Origin: Octopus sinensis
Lineage: Eukaryota
Direction of reading: 5' to 3'
Assembly (NCBI RefSeq): GCF_006345805.1
Contig: NC_043007.1
Coordinates: 62,372,001-62,436,000 of the forward strand
DNA: 64,000 nt
The notes under the pieces: model-generated
The model's database searches: none
What the model saw: only the letters and a program-made list of their open reading frames with translations
What the model was told of the DNA's origin: nothing
Shown here: positions 37,405 to 51,106 of the stretch, one piece after another
Numbering within the stretch: position 1 is the first letter of the stretch
Layout of the letters: every line of letters begins with the position of its first letter
Translations under genes and position numbers: made by a program

Positions 37405-40400
37405 TCCTCAACCAATTCCAACTTTTGAACTTTTGTCATACTACAGATTTGTTCCAGTCCATGTCAACCCATAGCTGCATTGAAAATTAAGTGTTTAACT
37501 GTTAATGATTTCTTTCAAGTCATTGAATATTTCATCAGCTTTTTTTTTCTCATTAACTTTATCACCACTTGAAATCTCAATCTTTGACAAGCATACTTTC
37601 CTTTAATCTCTTGTTTCAATCATTGGACTGCATACAGCCATGCTGGTACACTTCCTTGTTGGTTTTATCAAACAAAATTGACTCCAGTACTTATTTTAAA
37701 TCTAGTGCATATTCTATCAGTTTCTTTTTGCTGAATCACTAAGTTACAGAGATGGTAAAGGAATTAACACCTGTTGTCAAATAGTGGGAGTGGGTTGGGG
37801 CAAACATAAAGTCAAAGATACACAGACCCACTTTGTCTCTCATTCTCTCTCTCTCTCCCTCTCTCTTTTACATACACACACACACAGCCATTTATGCATC
37901 AAGGTCAATGTAAATACATTGTGATAAGCATAATATACTGCAGTATTCATCTGCTGTATATTATGCTTATGTATGTACTGTGTTTAAAAACACAAATTAT
38001 ACACATCAGAGGGATACAAAATTAGTCTTAGCAGCAGTGAGTAAAAACACTAGATGTATTTCTGCCTTATTGGTCATTATTAGTACTCACAGCCAGCGTA
38101 CCTAGACAAAATCTGTCACCACCAATATATAAATGAAAACAGTTAATAAACAGTCACTGGTTGAATAAAAATCCATTATATACAACAGAAGCAGTATTTG
38201 ATTAAAATAGCCATATATGTATCATACTTAATGTGTCATGATAGGTAAAATTTATTATGATATCTGTCTGGAGATAATATCTCTTATAGATGTAACTACA
38301 GTAACTTTTGCCTATCAGGATGTATTATTTTTAAGTATGTTATCTAATACAGCTTCCATGTAATGGATGTATATATCTATTTATTTATTTACTTATTTAT
38401 TTTCAGTCATCCTTAGATAAAACTATAACATCTTCATGCCATAATTTTTCCTATGCAAAATAGTATCAGCTGGTTGCAAGTCCACACTGAACAGTTTTTA
38501 TCCAGGGATTCCCTTCTCCTACAACTGGTGAGCACCATCTACCTTGACTATACTGGGTGGCCATTGACTCTCTTGAGTTCCTCCACCCTTTGATAGTCTT
38601 GTTTGTCATCCTGCACGATGTTCGGAAATCACCTTCCTCATCAAGCAAGCATTGTGGGGTTGCCGGTTTAGTCACCAACAACCCAACCATGCAATAAATT
38701 GTACTGAGTTACATGTTACCAGTGGTACTAGAACAACCCGAGAGATATATCTTTGATATAATTTTTTTTTAAATGTTGATTTTGGACTTCTAGCTTGCAG
38801 GCACAATGATATACTGGATTTGACCATAGTGAAATGTTCATAACCAGACTACAGTTTATGAGCATGCACAAACACAAATAACCTTCTCATTTGAATTTCT
38901 ACTTGGCAAACATTGCATGTTCAAATAGCTGTATAATTATTAATGATCATGTTTCACTGTCTTTTTTTCGTTTAATATTCTTTTGTTTTTTTGATTTTAA
39001 ATGCGATGTTCTGTTAACAACCAATTCACTATTTCTTATAGCTGTCTGCTTTAAATTTTGCATTTTCAACTGTTGCATGCTTTGCCAGCATCTACTAAGG
39101 ACTAATATTTCATTGCTTAGCATACCTGCGCATGTGTGCCCCCTGATTTTCCTCATAGCTTCCAGAAAAAATGGTTATTTTAAAATGAAATTTTCTATAA
39201 ATACTCTTCAGATGGTGTAGATTCTGATTATATTGGAATTTATTGTGAAAATATTTTCCCATGGGTGTGGAGAGGAGTTTTGGAAAATTCACGTAAGTCA
39301 GCTTTGTTTCTGCATAAGTTTCAGAAAAATGGATACTTTTTCATGAAATTTTCTACAAATACCTTCAGAGTGTGTAGATTATGATAATATTGGAGTTTGA
39401 TATGAAAAAAAAAATACATTGGTTGGTTCATACACACACATACATACTGACATACATTACATATTTCTACAAAATGAAATTTGACATTTCGAAAAAATTG
39501 TCATATGTGTCAGTATGTGTGTGTGTGTGCTCACCGCTTTTGTTTTCCCATCAAATTTCAATATAATCATAATTTACACACTGTGAGACGTATTTGTTGA
39601 AAATTACATTTAAAATACCCTTTTTACAAAAGTTATAAGGAAACAAAGTTGACTCATGTTAATTTTCTAAAACTCCTCTCCCTATCCCCTGGAAATTTTC
39701 TTTGACAACAAATTCCAATATAATCAAAATCTGCACCGTTTGAAGCATATATGTAGAAAATTTCATTAAAAAATATCCATTTTTCTGGAAATTATGTGGA
39801 AACAAAATCAAGTGATGGGGTTACAATTTTGTAGGTATGCTTATTGCTTTAACAATGGTTAATACATTTAAAAAATTTTTCTTTTCAACGGAAATAATAC
39901 TAAGGTAACATTGCTATTAAATATCTGCATATCGGCTTGCTTCACTTCACTTTCATTTTGATGTAACCATATTTGATTATATAAACAATACTCTTCTTTT
40001 GTCAGATGGCATCAAAAGAGTAGACAATAATGTGAATGAGATGGGCTCAATTTTTCACTACACATAGATAGGATAACGATGATATTGTGTTTAGTATTTA
40101 CAATTATATTGTGTTTACTAATATGTACTAATTGCATCAAAAATGCATCAAAGTGCATGTGTGTATATTTATATATGTATGAAATTTATTGGCAATATTT
40201 AGGTAGTAATTTTTCATTACTTTTAATAATTGCATTTCATCTTATAACTATTTTATGTTTTCCTCTATCGACATTCAAGCTACCTTCATGTTGCATGTCT
40301 TACCAGCATTCTTCCCACATGCATGTCATGTGTATACTTTTGTATATACACTATAGGAATATATGATACAATGATATCAGGTTAATGTAAAACATGTTAT

Positions 40401-40424
40401 TTTAAAGATAGTGTGTTCACACTA

Positions 40425-40474
<50 letters not shown>

Positions 40475-40882
40475 TTGTACTTGTTTCCGTCATTTGACTA
40501 CTGCCATGCTGAAGCACTGCCTTAAAGGGATTTTTAGTTGAAGAAATCAATCCCAGGATTTATTCTTTGTTAACCTAGTACTTATTCTATCATTATCTTT
40601 TGCTGAACTGCTAAGTTAAGGGGCCGTAAATACACCACCATCGGTTGTCAATCGGTAATGGGAGGACAAACACAGACACAACACACACTCATAGATATAT
40701 ATATACAACGGGCTTCGTTCAGTTTCCATCTACCAAATCCACTCAGAAAGCTCTGGTTGGCCCAAGAAGATACTTGCCCAATGTGCCTTCAGTGGGACTG
40801 AACCTGGAACCATGTGGTTGGGAAGCAAGCTTCTTACCACACCGCCACACCTGTATATGTTAATTAATTAAACTAATCAATT

Positions 40883-41410
40883 AATGTTCATCCATTGTTG
40901 CTAACTATGACCAGGACATCAAATGGGAAAACCAGATGGGTCACTGTGCATCTAGCTGTGCCTGATCAGGACAATGCATGCTTGGAAGGTTCTTCCACAG
41001 GTTGAGTTCTGGTGGTCTGCTGGGAATGAAGGCAAGGAGTTGGTTCTGAACTTGCACAGCTCATGTTTTCTTTGTGCTCTCCAATCCTATTCTGTTCATA
41101 GGATGTGGCACCTCTATTGGTGCAGCTACACTAGGCAGGGTGATCCTGTACTTGCATTTCCCAGGTGCTGGGGTTGATTTGAAAGCATTTAAGTAAGGCT
41201 TTGAGTGTATCTTTGAAGCACTTTATTCTGCCCACCATGTGTGCGCTTGCCTTCTGCCAACTCACTGTAAAACAGCCTTCTGGGTAGTCAGGTGTCAAGC
41301 TGGCCTGCCCACCTGACCTGCACTTTCTTCAGCAGTGTGTAAAATGCTTGGCAGACCAACTCAAGAGAGGACTTCCATGTTTGGGACCTTGTCTTGCCAG
41401 GTGATTTTTA
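40883..41410 (-). mobile_element. RTE-BovB-like LINE 3' fragment
   Basis: The minus strand reads ITWQDKVP...QVRWAGQ...LPRRLFYSELAEGKR...STCGRTFQACIVLIRHS, then the UTR gtcctggtcatagttagcaacaatggatgaac. Confidence 0.85.
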
Positions 41411-41440
41411 TCAGCTTTCTCAGGTAGTTCTCTCTCTCTA

Positions 41441-41472
<32 letters not shown>

Positions 41473-42432
41473 TCTTTCACACATACCACACACATACACA
41501 CACACGCATTCAATCACAAAGCATTGGTTAACCGGGAGCTGTAGTAGGTGTCATGTTGTGGGACTGAACCTGAAACTACATGGCTATAAAGTGAATTTCT
41601 TACCCACACAGCTATGTCTGCACTTGTTAATTTCCCATTATAACTTTACTTTTGTTTTCATCATTGTTACTAGTCCAGTTATAAGTTACTGTTGTAAAAG
41701 GAACCATTATTGGCGTCACATTCACTTGTGCCTCTTGAACAGCATCACTTGGTGCCACTAAATGTCCTTCCCTCATCTTCCCCATTCTTTCTACACTTGC
41801 TGGAATCTGCTGGCTTCCTACTGCTTTAAAACAGTAAATAATTTTTATTTGCCATAGAAATTCAACCTCTCTTCTTTTAATGTAAACTTCCCACTCAGAT
41901 GGGAATTTTTATCATCCCATAATGGAGAATGTAGGGCATTGTCACTAAACGACTAAAGAATAATTGCTTTGACATTTTCACTAATCTGCTGCTCCACTCT
42001 TGCAGTGGGGTGGGGTGTGTTGGAACACAAGTCAAATATTAATTAGCTTTATAGTGTAGGTTATTTTATTTTCACTTTTTCACTTTTACACACACACATA
42101 CACTCAAATACATTTCTTTTTTTATTGATTTTTTTTGTTATAATTTTCTGACTTCCTTCCTTTGTTATTCTGACATTGTTGTTGTTGTTGTCCTCTCCTC
42201 CACTCTCTCTCTCCCACCTATACACCACTTACTCCACCCACTCACTAACCTTGATTAATACAGTAAAATTTGTGTTGAGTTTTCTGTGACAAAGAATCAA
42301 CACTAAGTATACTTTTTAACAGTCTTTTTTATTAATGTTCCTTTTTTTATTGTTTTGTTTTGTCATTGTTTTTAAATCTTTGTGACAAATCAAAAAGGTA
42401 AAACAGAATGAAAGAAGTACTAAGAGAGAGGG

Positions 42433-42467
<35 letters not shown>

Positions 42468-44519
42468 CAGGGGGATTCAGTAAATGAGATGAAATCAGAA
42501 AAATGGCTTTATGCATTTTTTGAAATAATGGTAACTCTAATTGATAACTATTACTAAGAAACAGGAAGGAAGAATGGCAGAGAGAAACCAATATAGAAAA
42601 CAAATTGACTCTTCTGAGAGTGTTTTTTTTTTACCTTAAGTATTTATTATTAGGGGAATAGTTCTGCTCTAACTGTGGCTTGGATACTAGTGTGACTGGA
42701 TAGCATTTCTTTGACTGATACACTAATCATTTGCATTCACTATGCAAACAATAACCATTAAATATCATACATACACATACACACATACATATGTACATAA
42801 GCATACATACACTCACACACATACATATGTACATATACATACATACATACACGCATACATACTTACACACATAAATACATACACACACACACACATACAT
42901 AGAAAAAGAAAATACCTGTAGTGAGGAATCTAAAGCTACTCTATCCAGTTTGCAAGTTCAGGCTTATGCTTGTAATTATTATGCACTGGGATATATAACA
43001 CACTGCCTAAATACCAATCTTGAGAAATTAGGATTCTCAAAACCAGAAAGGAGAAAGCTGATTTAAGGATTACTGATCTAATCCATCACTGGAACTGTAA
43101 AAATCTCTAAAACTTTCCAGAAGTGTATCATTTAAGTATATATGAGCATGTCTAGACATGCAACTATATGCATGAGAATATATACATAAAAAAAAACATA
43201 CAAATCTGCACACATACATGCATACAAAAATACCCTGTTGATGTTGAAATCCCAATGAAGGGGCCTTGGATCTAGGTTGGAAACCAGCTCTTTCTCTATT
43301 GGCAAGAAATCTTGAAATAAAACTGAATTATCACACACACGCGCACACACACACACACACACACACGCACACACACACTACATACATGCATACATACATA
43401 ATGACAAATTAGTGCAGAATTTACATTTCTTGTATCCAGACTGTGAATTCTTATTTGTGCTTATCATCATAGGTCCATTAGGTTATGTACCAACAAATTT
43501 GCACAAGAACCTAGAAATAGTCGGTTTTGTGGAGATAGAGCGAAAAAAACTAACACGGATTCTCCAAATCCAATCTGTTAGTGGTACAGTGAAGCTTTGT
43601 AAGACATTCCAAAACTCCTCAGTCTGAGATTCTTATGTGAATAGATGCACACACTTGGATGTATGCATCAACAGTTCAACCAGCACACCAACTGAATCAC
43701 ATATTTACAAACACTGGTATCTCGCTTAACTCAAGTCTTGTCACTTTGCTAGTGACTGACTTGAACTCTCTTAAGAAGAACTTAAATAAAACTGAAAGAA
43801 AAATCATACGTACATGCATACACACACATGCGTGCACACACACACTTGTATATAGCATCATATTCCTCATCTCTGTTTTACATCCAGTTTTCCATGTGGC
43901 ATGGATAGGATGGGTTTCACCACATACTACAGTCTTTCGTCATCTGACACAGCAACAGTGACAACTGGTTGACTTTGTTGCACTTTACACATGGTTTTAC
44001 TTTCTTTTTTTTCTCTTACAGCTGGGTATCCTTCCATTACTAACCACTTTGCAGTATAGTTACGGTTTATTTCATTGTGCCACAGACATTTGACAGGTTT
44101 CTGCAGACAGACTAAAAGACACTCCTCTTCCTTTTATCAATTCTTATTCAGTTATTACCACCTTAGAAAAGTGGTTTGCAATGTGGCTTCTAGAGTCCAC
44201 ATTTCCTTGAAAAGAATGCAATGCATTCTTTGGCTATGTGTTCTTCCTATCACCAAATACTTTATAGTGAGTACTGCATATGTTTTATAGTGTCAATAAC
44301 AGAATTAATGTCTCCTCACCATATTGAATTAGCTCATGTTTAGAGTTACTACCTTCCTAGAATGGTAGTTGTAGACAAGTAGGTTGCAGAATATACGCAC
44401 ATAGATACATCCATATGTACATGTGTGCATGTGTGTGCATGCACATGTGCATGTATATATATATATATACATATATATAGATATTGATATAGATATAGAT
44501 ATATGAAAGAGAGAAAGAG

Positions 44520-44750
44520 AGGCCCACAAGATTATCTATCATCTTTCCAACAATTTTTGACCACCTTTTTGAATTCGGTATCTCTATCACCTGTGGACAT
44601 GCACAGCAACCATGACTCTCAGAAACATGTTTCACTTTCAGAATTGCTGAAGCATGAAGTAATCTACTCATATCAGTTGTTGTCAGGACATCACATCCTT
44701 CAAAAATTCCATGCTTCCTAAAAGTCCCCACCACTACTAACATATCTATG
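44520..44750 (+). mobile_element. Old CR1/L2-type LINE 3' fragment, homologous to about 63700-64000 (-)
   Basis: The two loci share gaagcat(g/a)gaatttttgaaggat...aaacatgtttct...ttgttggaaagatg. The 63.9-kb copy reads HHLSNNNFGHCF...KKHVFIPRIVKAWNK, like the RT end FFxxRxVxxWN. Confidence 0.55.
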
Positions 44751-45438
44751 TTCCCTTTCCTTTTTATGACTCTTACTGTTCCCTTTTCTGTGCTTTTGCA
44801 TTTTATCCTATGTACTGAATATGTACTTTTGGCTTTCATTGCTGTTTTTCTTTACTTGACTTATTGTAACTTTCTTTTCTTCATTTTTACCCTTTTCCAA
44901 TGAATTGTTGTGCACCTGAGCCCTGTATACAATAAGCTCATTATTTTTTATTTACAAACTAAGCAGGTTTGTGTTATATAAACAGAATGGTTTTGGATAA
45001 GTTGGCATCAAAAGGATTAAATTCTAAACATGATAGGTTTCAGCTTCAATTGATTGATTTCATTTATTGTTCGATTATATATTTTTGATTTTAGATGTTT
45101 TGCTATCTGTGGCTTTTACATAATGTTGATTCTGTAATATTCTGCTGCAGAAATCCTTGTTTGAAGTGAAATTCACAGAGTACATGCATACTTACATATT
45201 CTTATAGATTTTCACTTTGTAGTCACATTTCTCCTGATTCTTTAGCAAGAAGAATTCTATGATCATCTAGCAATTTTAGCAATGTTGTTCCTGTTGACTG
45301 GCTTTTATAACGATTGTTTTGTTTCTTGGAAAAGTAATATTTGAAAAGTATTGCCTGGAAAATACTTGGAAAATAAATTCAAATTGTATGTATATATATA
45401 CATACATACACACACACACACATACACACACACACATT

Positions 45439-46566
45439 CAGGGTGCAATGGATAAATTGTTGTCATTTTACATTTTTTATTTTGTGCTTGTGCCTTGTTC
45501 TTGATTTTGTTGACTATACAGTATAGTAAGGTCAGTTGGGCACCATCTGAGTAAAACACCACCATGACACACTTCACTCTGCCAGAAATTTGGAAACAAC
45601 ATACTGTGCTGCTTGGCATTCATGCTGGAAGTTCCAATACCAACCTTTCAGAGTGTCTGGGTGTCAATCTGAAGAGAGTGCAGAGGATTCAGAAAGAGTT
45701 GGATGAGTCTAATGTTGATTACAAAGGTATGGTAGCTCATAAAACTCACTCTGATAAGAAAAGAACTCCTGAATTTGTTGGTGAGATCCAAACCATGATT
45801 GACAACAATCCCTCCAAGTCAATTAGGCGAGTAGTGCATGAAGACATTCAGTATTCCTCATACAAGATGAAAGAGGGCCAATTTTTTTCCCAAGCCATCA
45901 AGGACAAGAGGAAAGACCATGCTATGAAACTTTTGAACAAACTCAAGCATCTCTTTCAACCAAACATGCTTTGGTTTTTCTCAGACGAGAAAAATTTCTG
46001 CCATGATCAGATGGTGAACACACAGAACAACTGTTGGTTTGCCATGTCCCTCAACATGTACTGAAAGTCATAAAAATCAAATGTCCAGTCAACATTTTAG
46101 TGTTTGGAGTGATCACTAGTGATGGTGATGTTATGCCTCCATTCATCTTCCAACATGGCCTCAGACTCAGCATGGAGGCCTACATCAAGTGCCTGGAGGA
46201 GGTAGTGCTGCCCTGGGTCAAGAGAGTGGCTGCAGGAGGACCCTGTGTCTGGTAATGGAACTCTGTGCCATGCTACACAAGCAGGAGAACCCAGTCATGT
46301 CTGTCAGACAACTTTTGCGACCACATCACCCCTAACTTCCCAGTCTGCAACTCCCTTGATTATTATGTGTGGGGTGAGACCAACAAAATTCCTTGTAACA
46401 CCAAAAATGAACTGAAGGCAAGGATTTTGGCAGCATTCACCAACTTAAACAAGGAGACTGTCCAGAAGATAATTTTATGTAATTTTGATAAATATATCTG
46501 TTAAATGAGACGTCAGTGTTATTTTCATTTTTGTGTAATTTAGGCAACAATTTATTCATCACACTA

Positions 46567-46568
<2 letters not shown>
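45439..46568 (+). mobile_element. Decayed Tc1/mariner DNA transposon (maT/DD37D-like)
   Basis: TIRs cagggtgcaatggataaattgttgtc and ggcaacaatttattcatcacactatg match at 20/26. Broken transposase pieces are WFFSDEKNF, VFGVITSDGDVMPPF and CNSLDYYVWG. The second catalytic Asp region is mutated and there are several frameshifts. Confidence 0.85.
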
Positions 46569-46597
<29 letters not shown>

Positions 46598-47227
46598 CTG
46601 AAATTTCAAAACACATTACTGTTCATTGTTCTGTATGCAGCCACCAAATTTCAATTATATGCATACACACATAAACACATGCGTGCACACACACACACAT
46701 TTAGGTACGTAAGTGTAAGTGCTGTTGATTTGTAGTATGTTCCTTAAGTTAGTTGTATCTGTGATGCATGATTAATTCCTAGTTGATCAACTTCACCTCT
46801 TTTACTCTGTATGCACAAACTTTTCAGCTGTATTTAATATTCTGAATGGATTCAACTAGTCTGGATGGCACTTTACATAGATGACTACTTCAAGCTGTGG
46901 GAGATAACCAATGACCCATTGAGGAATACAGTGCATTTTCAACATATATATATATATATCTTATATATATATAAAATTAAAGTCTTCTGTGTGTATGTGT
47001 ACAAAAAATTTATGTACTTTAATAACTTCTACATCTTTCATTCGATTTCTTTAAAATTTTATACACAGCTGTTTCATATCCCAGACCTGAACATAGGCTA
47101 CTTAGATTTTTAAAAAAATCGATATTGGGGCCTCTAGAGCGATGGGAAACCAATATTAGATGATTCCTATTCATTTGCATTAATCTGCTGTTTTATAATC
47201 TGTAGGGTCTTCCATACTTTTTAAATC

Positions 47228-47742
47228 TCTATTATATATATAAAATCCTTTGTCTCTGTTTCCAATGCATTCTGAAATGGCTCAACCAAATCAAATCAAA
47301 TTTTACATGGTAATACTATTACACTCCAGGAGTGTCAACATGTAATTTGTTTGGATTAAAACAATGTAACATTGGCACTGGTTCTGTATTACGCGTCAAA
47401 ACTCAAAGAATAAAAGTGAAAGAATAGCATTTATATTGTAATGTGATATATTGTTTCACTTTTATACTTTTACTTTTAATTCTAACACGACGACAACATG
47501 TGTGAGTGTATGAGTGTGTATATGTCTCACAGTGTGTGTTTCTTTCCACGTTAGGTATTTTATTAAACACATTATATGTATGTGAGGGCCAGTCAGTGTC
47601 AATAGGAAATTTTATTTTCATTTCAATTAAAACAATATAACATTTCATAGATATAGTCTTTCTACTTACATAGATGAATTTGCTCAGCAACTGACTTGAT
47701 CTCAGATTGTGTGCTTGGAACATATATATATATGTATGTATG

Positions 47743-47798
<56 letters not shown>

Positions 47799-47910
47799 CA
47801 ACCTTCGATGGAGTAATAGTTATATATATATAACTTGAACAGACACACATATCAGTACATATACATACATAAATGCTCACATATATACTTGTGTATATGC
47901 ATGCATGTGC

Positions 47911-47942
<32 letters not shown>

Positions 47943-49075
47943 TCAGATGGTGCTTTTTACATGCCACCAGCATGGGAGCCAGTCAGGAGGCACTGGCATC
48001 GGTTATGTTCAAATGTTGCTTTTTATGTGCCACCAGTACAGAAGCCAGTATGGGGGCACTGGCATTGACCACTTCAGATGGTGCTTTTTACGTGCCACCA
48101 ACACGGGAGCCAGTCAAGGGGCACTGGCATTGACCATGTTTGGATGGTGCTTTTTATGTTCCACTGGCACGGGAGCCATTCAGGTGGCACTAACATAAAC
48201 CCCCGCTCAAATGGTACTTATTATGTGCCACCAGCACAGGTGCCAGTCAGGTGGCATTGACCATGACTATGATTTAGATTACATTTCGTTAATTTACACT
48301 GCATACAAAAATATAGACATACTATATACATACCATACAGTAAGCCATTATGCCTTATTTTTTCAAGTAATTTATTACTACATATACTCATGTGATTGCA
48401 TAGGCTCAGTTTATGTTTCTTATTCTACAGCCACACCAGCAACTGAATGTCAACCCTCTGCCTTCTGCAACATTCCAACAGTTCACTTTTGCGTTGCTGG
48501 CCGGGCGAAATGCGTAGCCGTATTTCATCTGCCGTTACGTTCTGAGTTCAAATTCCGCCGTGGTCGACTTTGCCTTTCATCCTTTCGGGGTCGATAAATT
48601 AGGTACCAGTTACGCACTGGGGTCGATGTAATCGACTTAATTCGTTTTTCTGTCCTTGTTTGTCCCCTCTGTGTTTAGCCCCTCGTGGGTAATAAAGAAA
48701 CATATCTCTCATTGCAGCATATTTCTGGAATGTACCCATTTACATACAACACCTCCATTCATTTGATTGCCAATCATACAACGGGTAATGTTAAACACAC
48801 GCTGACCATCTCAAAGGCGAGTATATTCACTGACAGCTTTACAGTGGGTTCAAAAATTACATACCCCACAACTCCCAATTTTCCATGATAGGTTAGGGCA
48901 TGGAATCCTCCAAACAGACATATTACATGCTGCTTATTAGGCCTTCATTTACTCCACAAATATTTTCTCATCAATGTTGCACTTTCTCATATCACCTGTT
49001 CCAACATAACTAATATATATATTTACAAACTATACCATTTTAATCCTGAGCAATGCCGGGCAACTCTGCTTGTAT
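47228..49075 (+). mobile_element. Putative non-autonomous Helitron carrying nested repeats
   Basis: The 5' end is TCTATTATATATATAAAAT and the 3' end is cctgagcaatgccgggcaactctgcttgt, a decayed hairpin plus CTAG matching the end of the 50277 element. Joining the two ends into one element is inferred. Confidence 0.45.
47944..48262. repeat. Minisatellite, 5 units of about 66 bp, derived from the RTE 3' UTR repeat
   Basis: Unit starts are at 47944, 48010, 48075, 48141 and 48207. The reverse complement matches the gtgccggtggcacgtaaaagcacc repeats at about 52590-52830. Confidence 0.85.
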
Positions 49076-49083
49076 ATATGTAT

Positions 49084-49129
<46 letters not shown>

Positions 49130-50241
49130 ATCCAAACATGAACAAAGAGAAAACACAACAAGGACTAGAAATAAGTTTAGTGTTATTGGATGCTCAGGAA
49201 AGGAAAAAAAGAAGAAGGATTTCACTTTTCGAGCAGAGCTCTTTGTCAGAAATTTAGTGAAAGTCCAAAGAAGGGAAGATGGAGAAAGAAAATCGCCAAT
49301 GATACACATGTGGTCACATATACATATATATATACAGTGTGTGTGTATTTGCATGGAATAAGTTATCTAAATCTTACAATACTGTAATTAGTTGTACATA
49401 GATAAAGCACACAAACCCCTTTGTGCTTTAGATATTACATTTAGTTATAATTACTATGAAATCTGTATCAGGGTGCCAGGTGCAAGTATGATGAATAGAG
49501 AAGGTCACATTGAGAGAGCCATCTTATATTTGAACTATTAAAACAAAGATAAAACACATGACTTATTCTTCTTAAATACATCACTTCTTCTAAAACACTA
49601 CACTGATTCTTCTAGAATATTTACGCTGACTCCCCACTTCATTTTCCCTTTCTTCTACGTTCCTTCTCTCATCTCTTTCTCATTCTTTCCTTTTGTATGC
49701 ACTTATGTTTGGCTGCCTCATTAGCAAGGTCAACCTTTCATGGAGGCCTCCCTCACTTTAGGGTCAGTGATAAAGGTAAACATGCAATGACCCAGTTCAC
49801 AATGATTGTCTGTTTGTTGTTATGAAATACTTATAATGTATTTATCACAGCTGGGACTACTTCATATATGAACTGATTATAATTCCTTAAACAGCTTTCT
49901 AACAGATAAGTGTTTCATTTTACCTAAGTAAAATAGCAACATTAAGCGCATGCAGTGCATGCACACACACATACATACACACACACTCAAATACATATAC
50001 ATATGCATGCATACACACACATTCAGGCATACACAATACACACATACCTTCAAAATGAAGGGCAACTAATTTTTTGGCTTTGATTTTTCATATAATTTCA
50101 AGTTGTTATTTTGTTGGTCATTCCATTGTAAGGGAAAGAATCACCTTGCTAGAAATCAATATTTAATTTTTTTGTTTATGTCTAAGATGGGATAGATATA
50201 TATGTATCCGTTGAGGTTTATAGAAATAATGTATGTACATG

Positions 50242-50276
<35 letters not shown>

Positions 50277-50278
<2 letters not shown>

Positions 50279-50662
50279 TAGCAGTATCGCCCGGCGTTGC
50301 TCAGGTTTGTAAGAGAAATAACTATAAAGCATTTTTAGAGAGTTATAGCCAAAAAATAGCAAAAGAATGGGGAAAAATGATGGTAAATTTTTTTTTGAGA
50401 GTTAAAAATGGTGGAGTTGCGTCCCCTAGACAGTTTATGGTTTGTGTTTCTGATTCTCGACCCCATGTCGAATTTATCGATTTTTTTCAGAACTGGGGGA
50501 ACTTTTCAAAATTTTTGATGCGTTAGTTTTGAATTATGACATTGGGCTATGTGTGTGTCAAGTTTCATCAGAATTAGTTGAAAGCCGTGGTCAGGGTGAG
50601 GGTACAAGCAAACAGACACACAGAAACACGCACAGACAAACTGCCGTTTATATAGAGAGAGA
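50277..50662 (-). mobile_element. Non-autonomous Helitron-like element
   Basis: The minus strand starts TCTCTCTATATAAACGGCAG and ends gagcaacgccgggcgatactgCTAGt, inserted in a (TA)n tract. Confidence 0.7.
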
Positions 50663-51047
50663 TATATATTCTTTTATTCTTTTCAGTCATCTGACTGCAG
50701 CTATACTGGAGCAGCACTTTTTAGTTAAAAGAAATCAACCCCAGGACTTATTCTTTGTAAGCCTGATACTTATTCTGTCAGTCTCTTTTGCAGAACTGCT
50801 AAGTTACAGGGACTTAAACACACCAACATCAGTTGTCAAGTGATGGTGGTGGGGACAAACACAAAGACACACACAGAAATATATATATATATATCCTAAA
50901 ACATATATATATGATGGGCTTCTTTTCAGTTTCTGTCAACCAAATCCACTCTCAAGGCTATGGTCAGCCTGAAGCTATAGTAGAAGACACTTGCCCAAGG
51001 TGCCATGCAGTGGGACTGAACTGAAACCATGTGGTTAGGAAGCAAGC

Positions 51048-51106
<59 letters not shown>

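Noticed and set aside
44357-44839. 160-aa minus ORF
   Set aside because: It is the antisense of an old LINE fragment joined to a (TA)n/(TG)n microsatellite.
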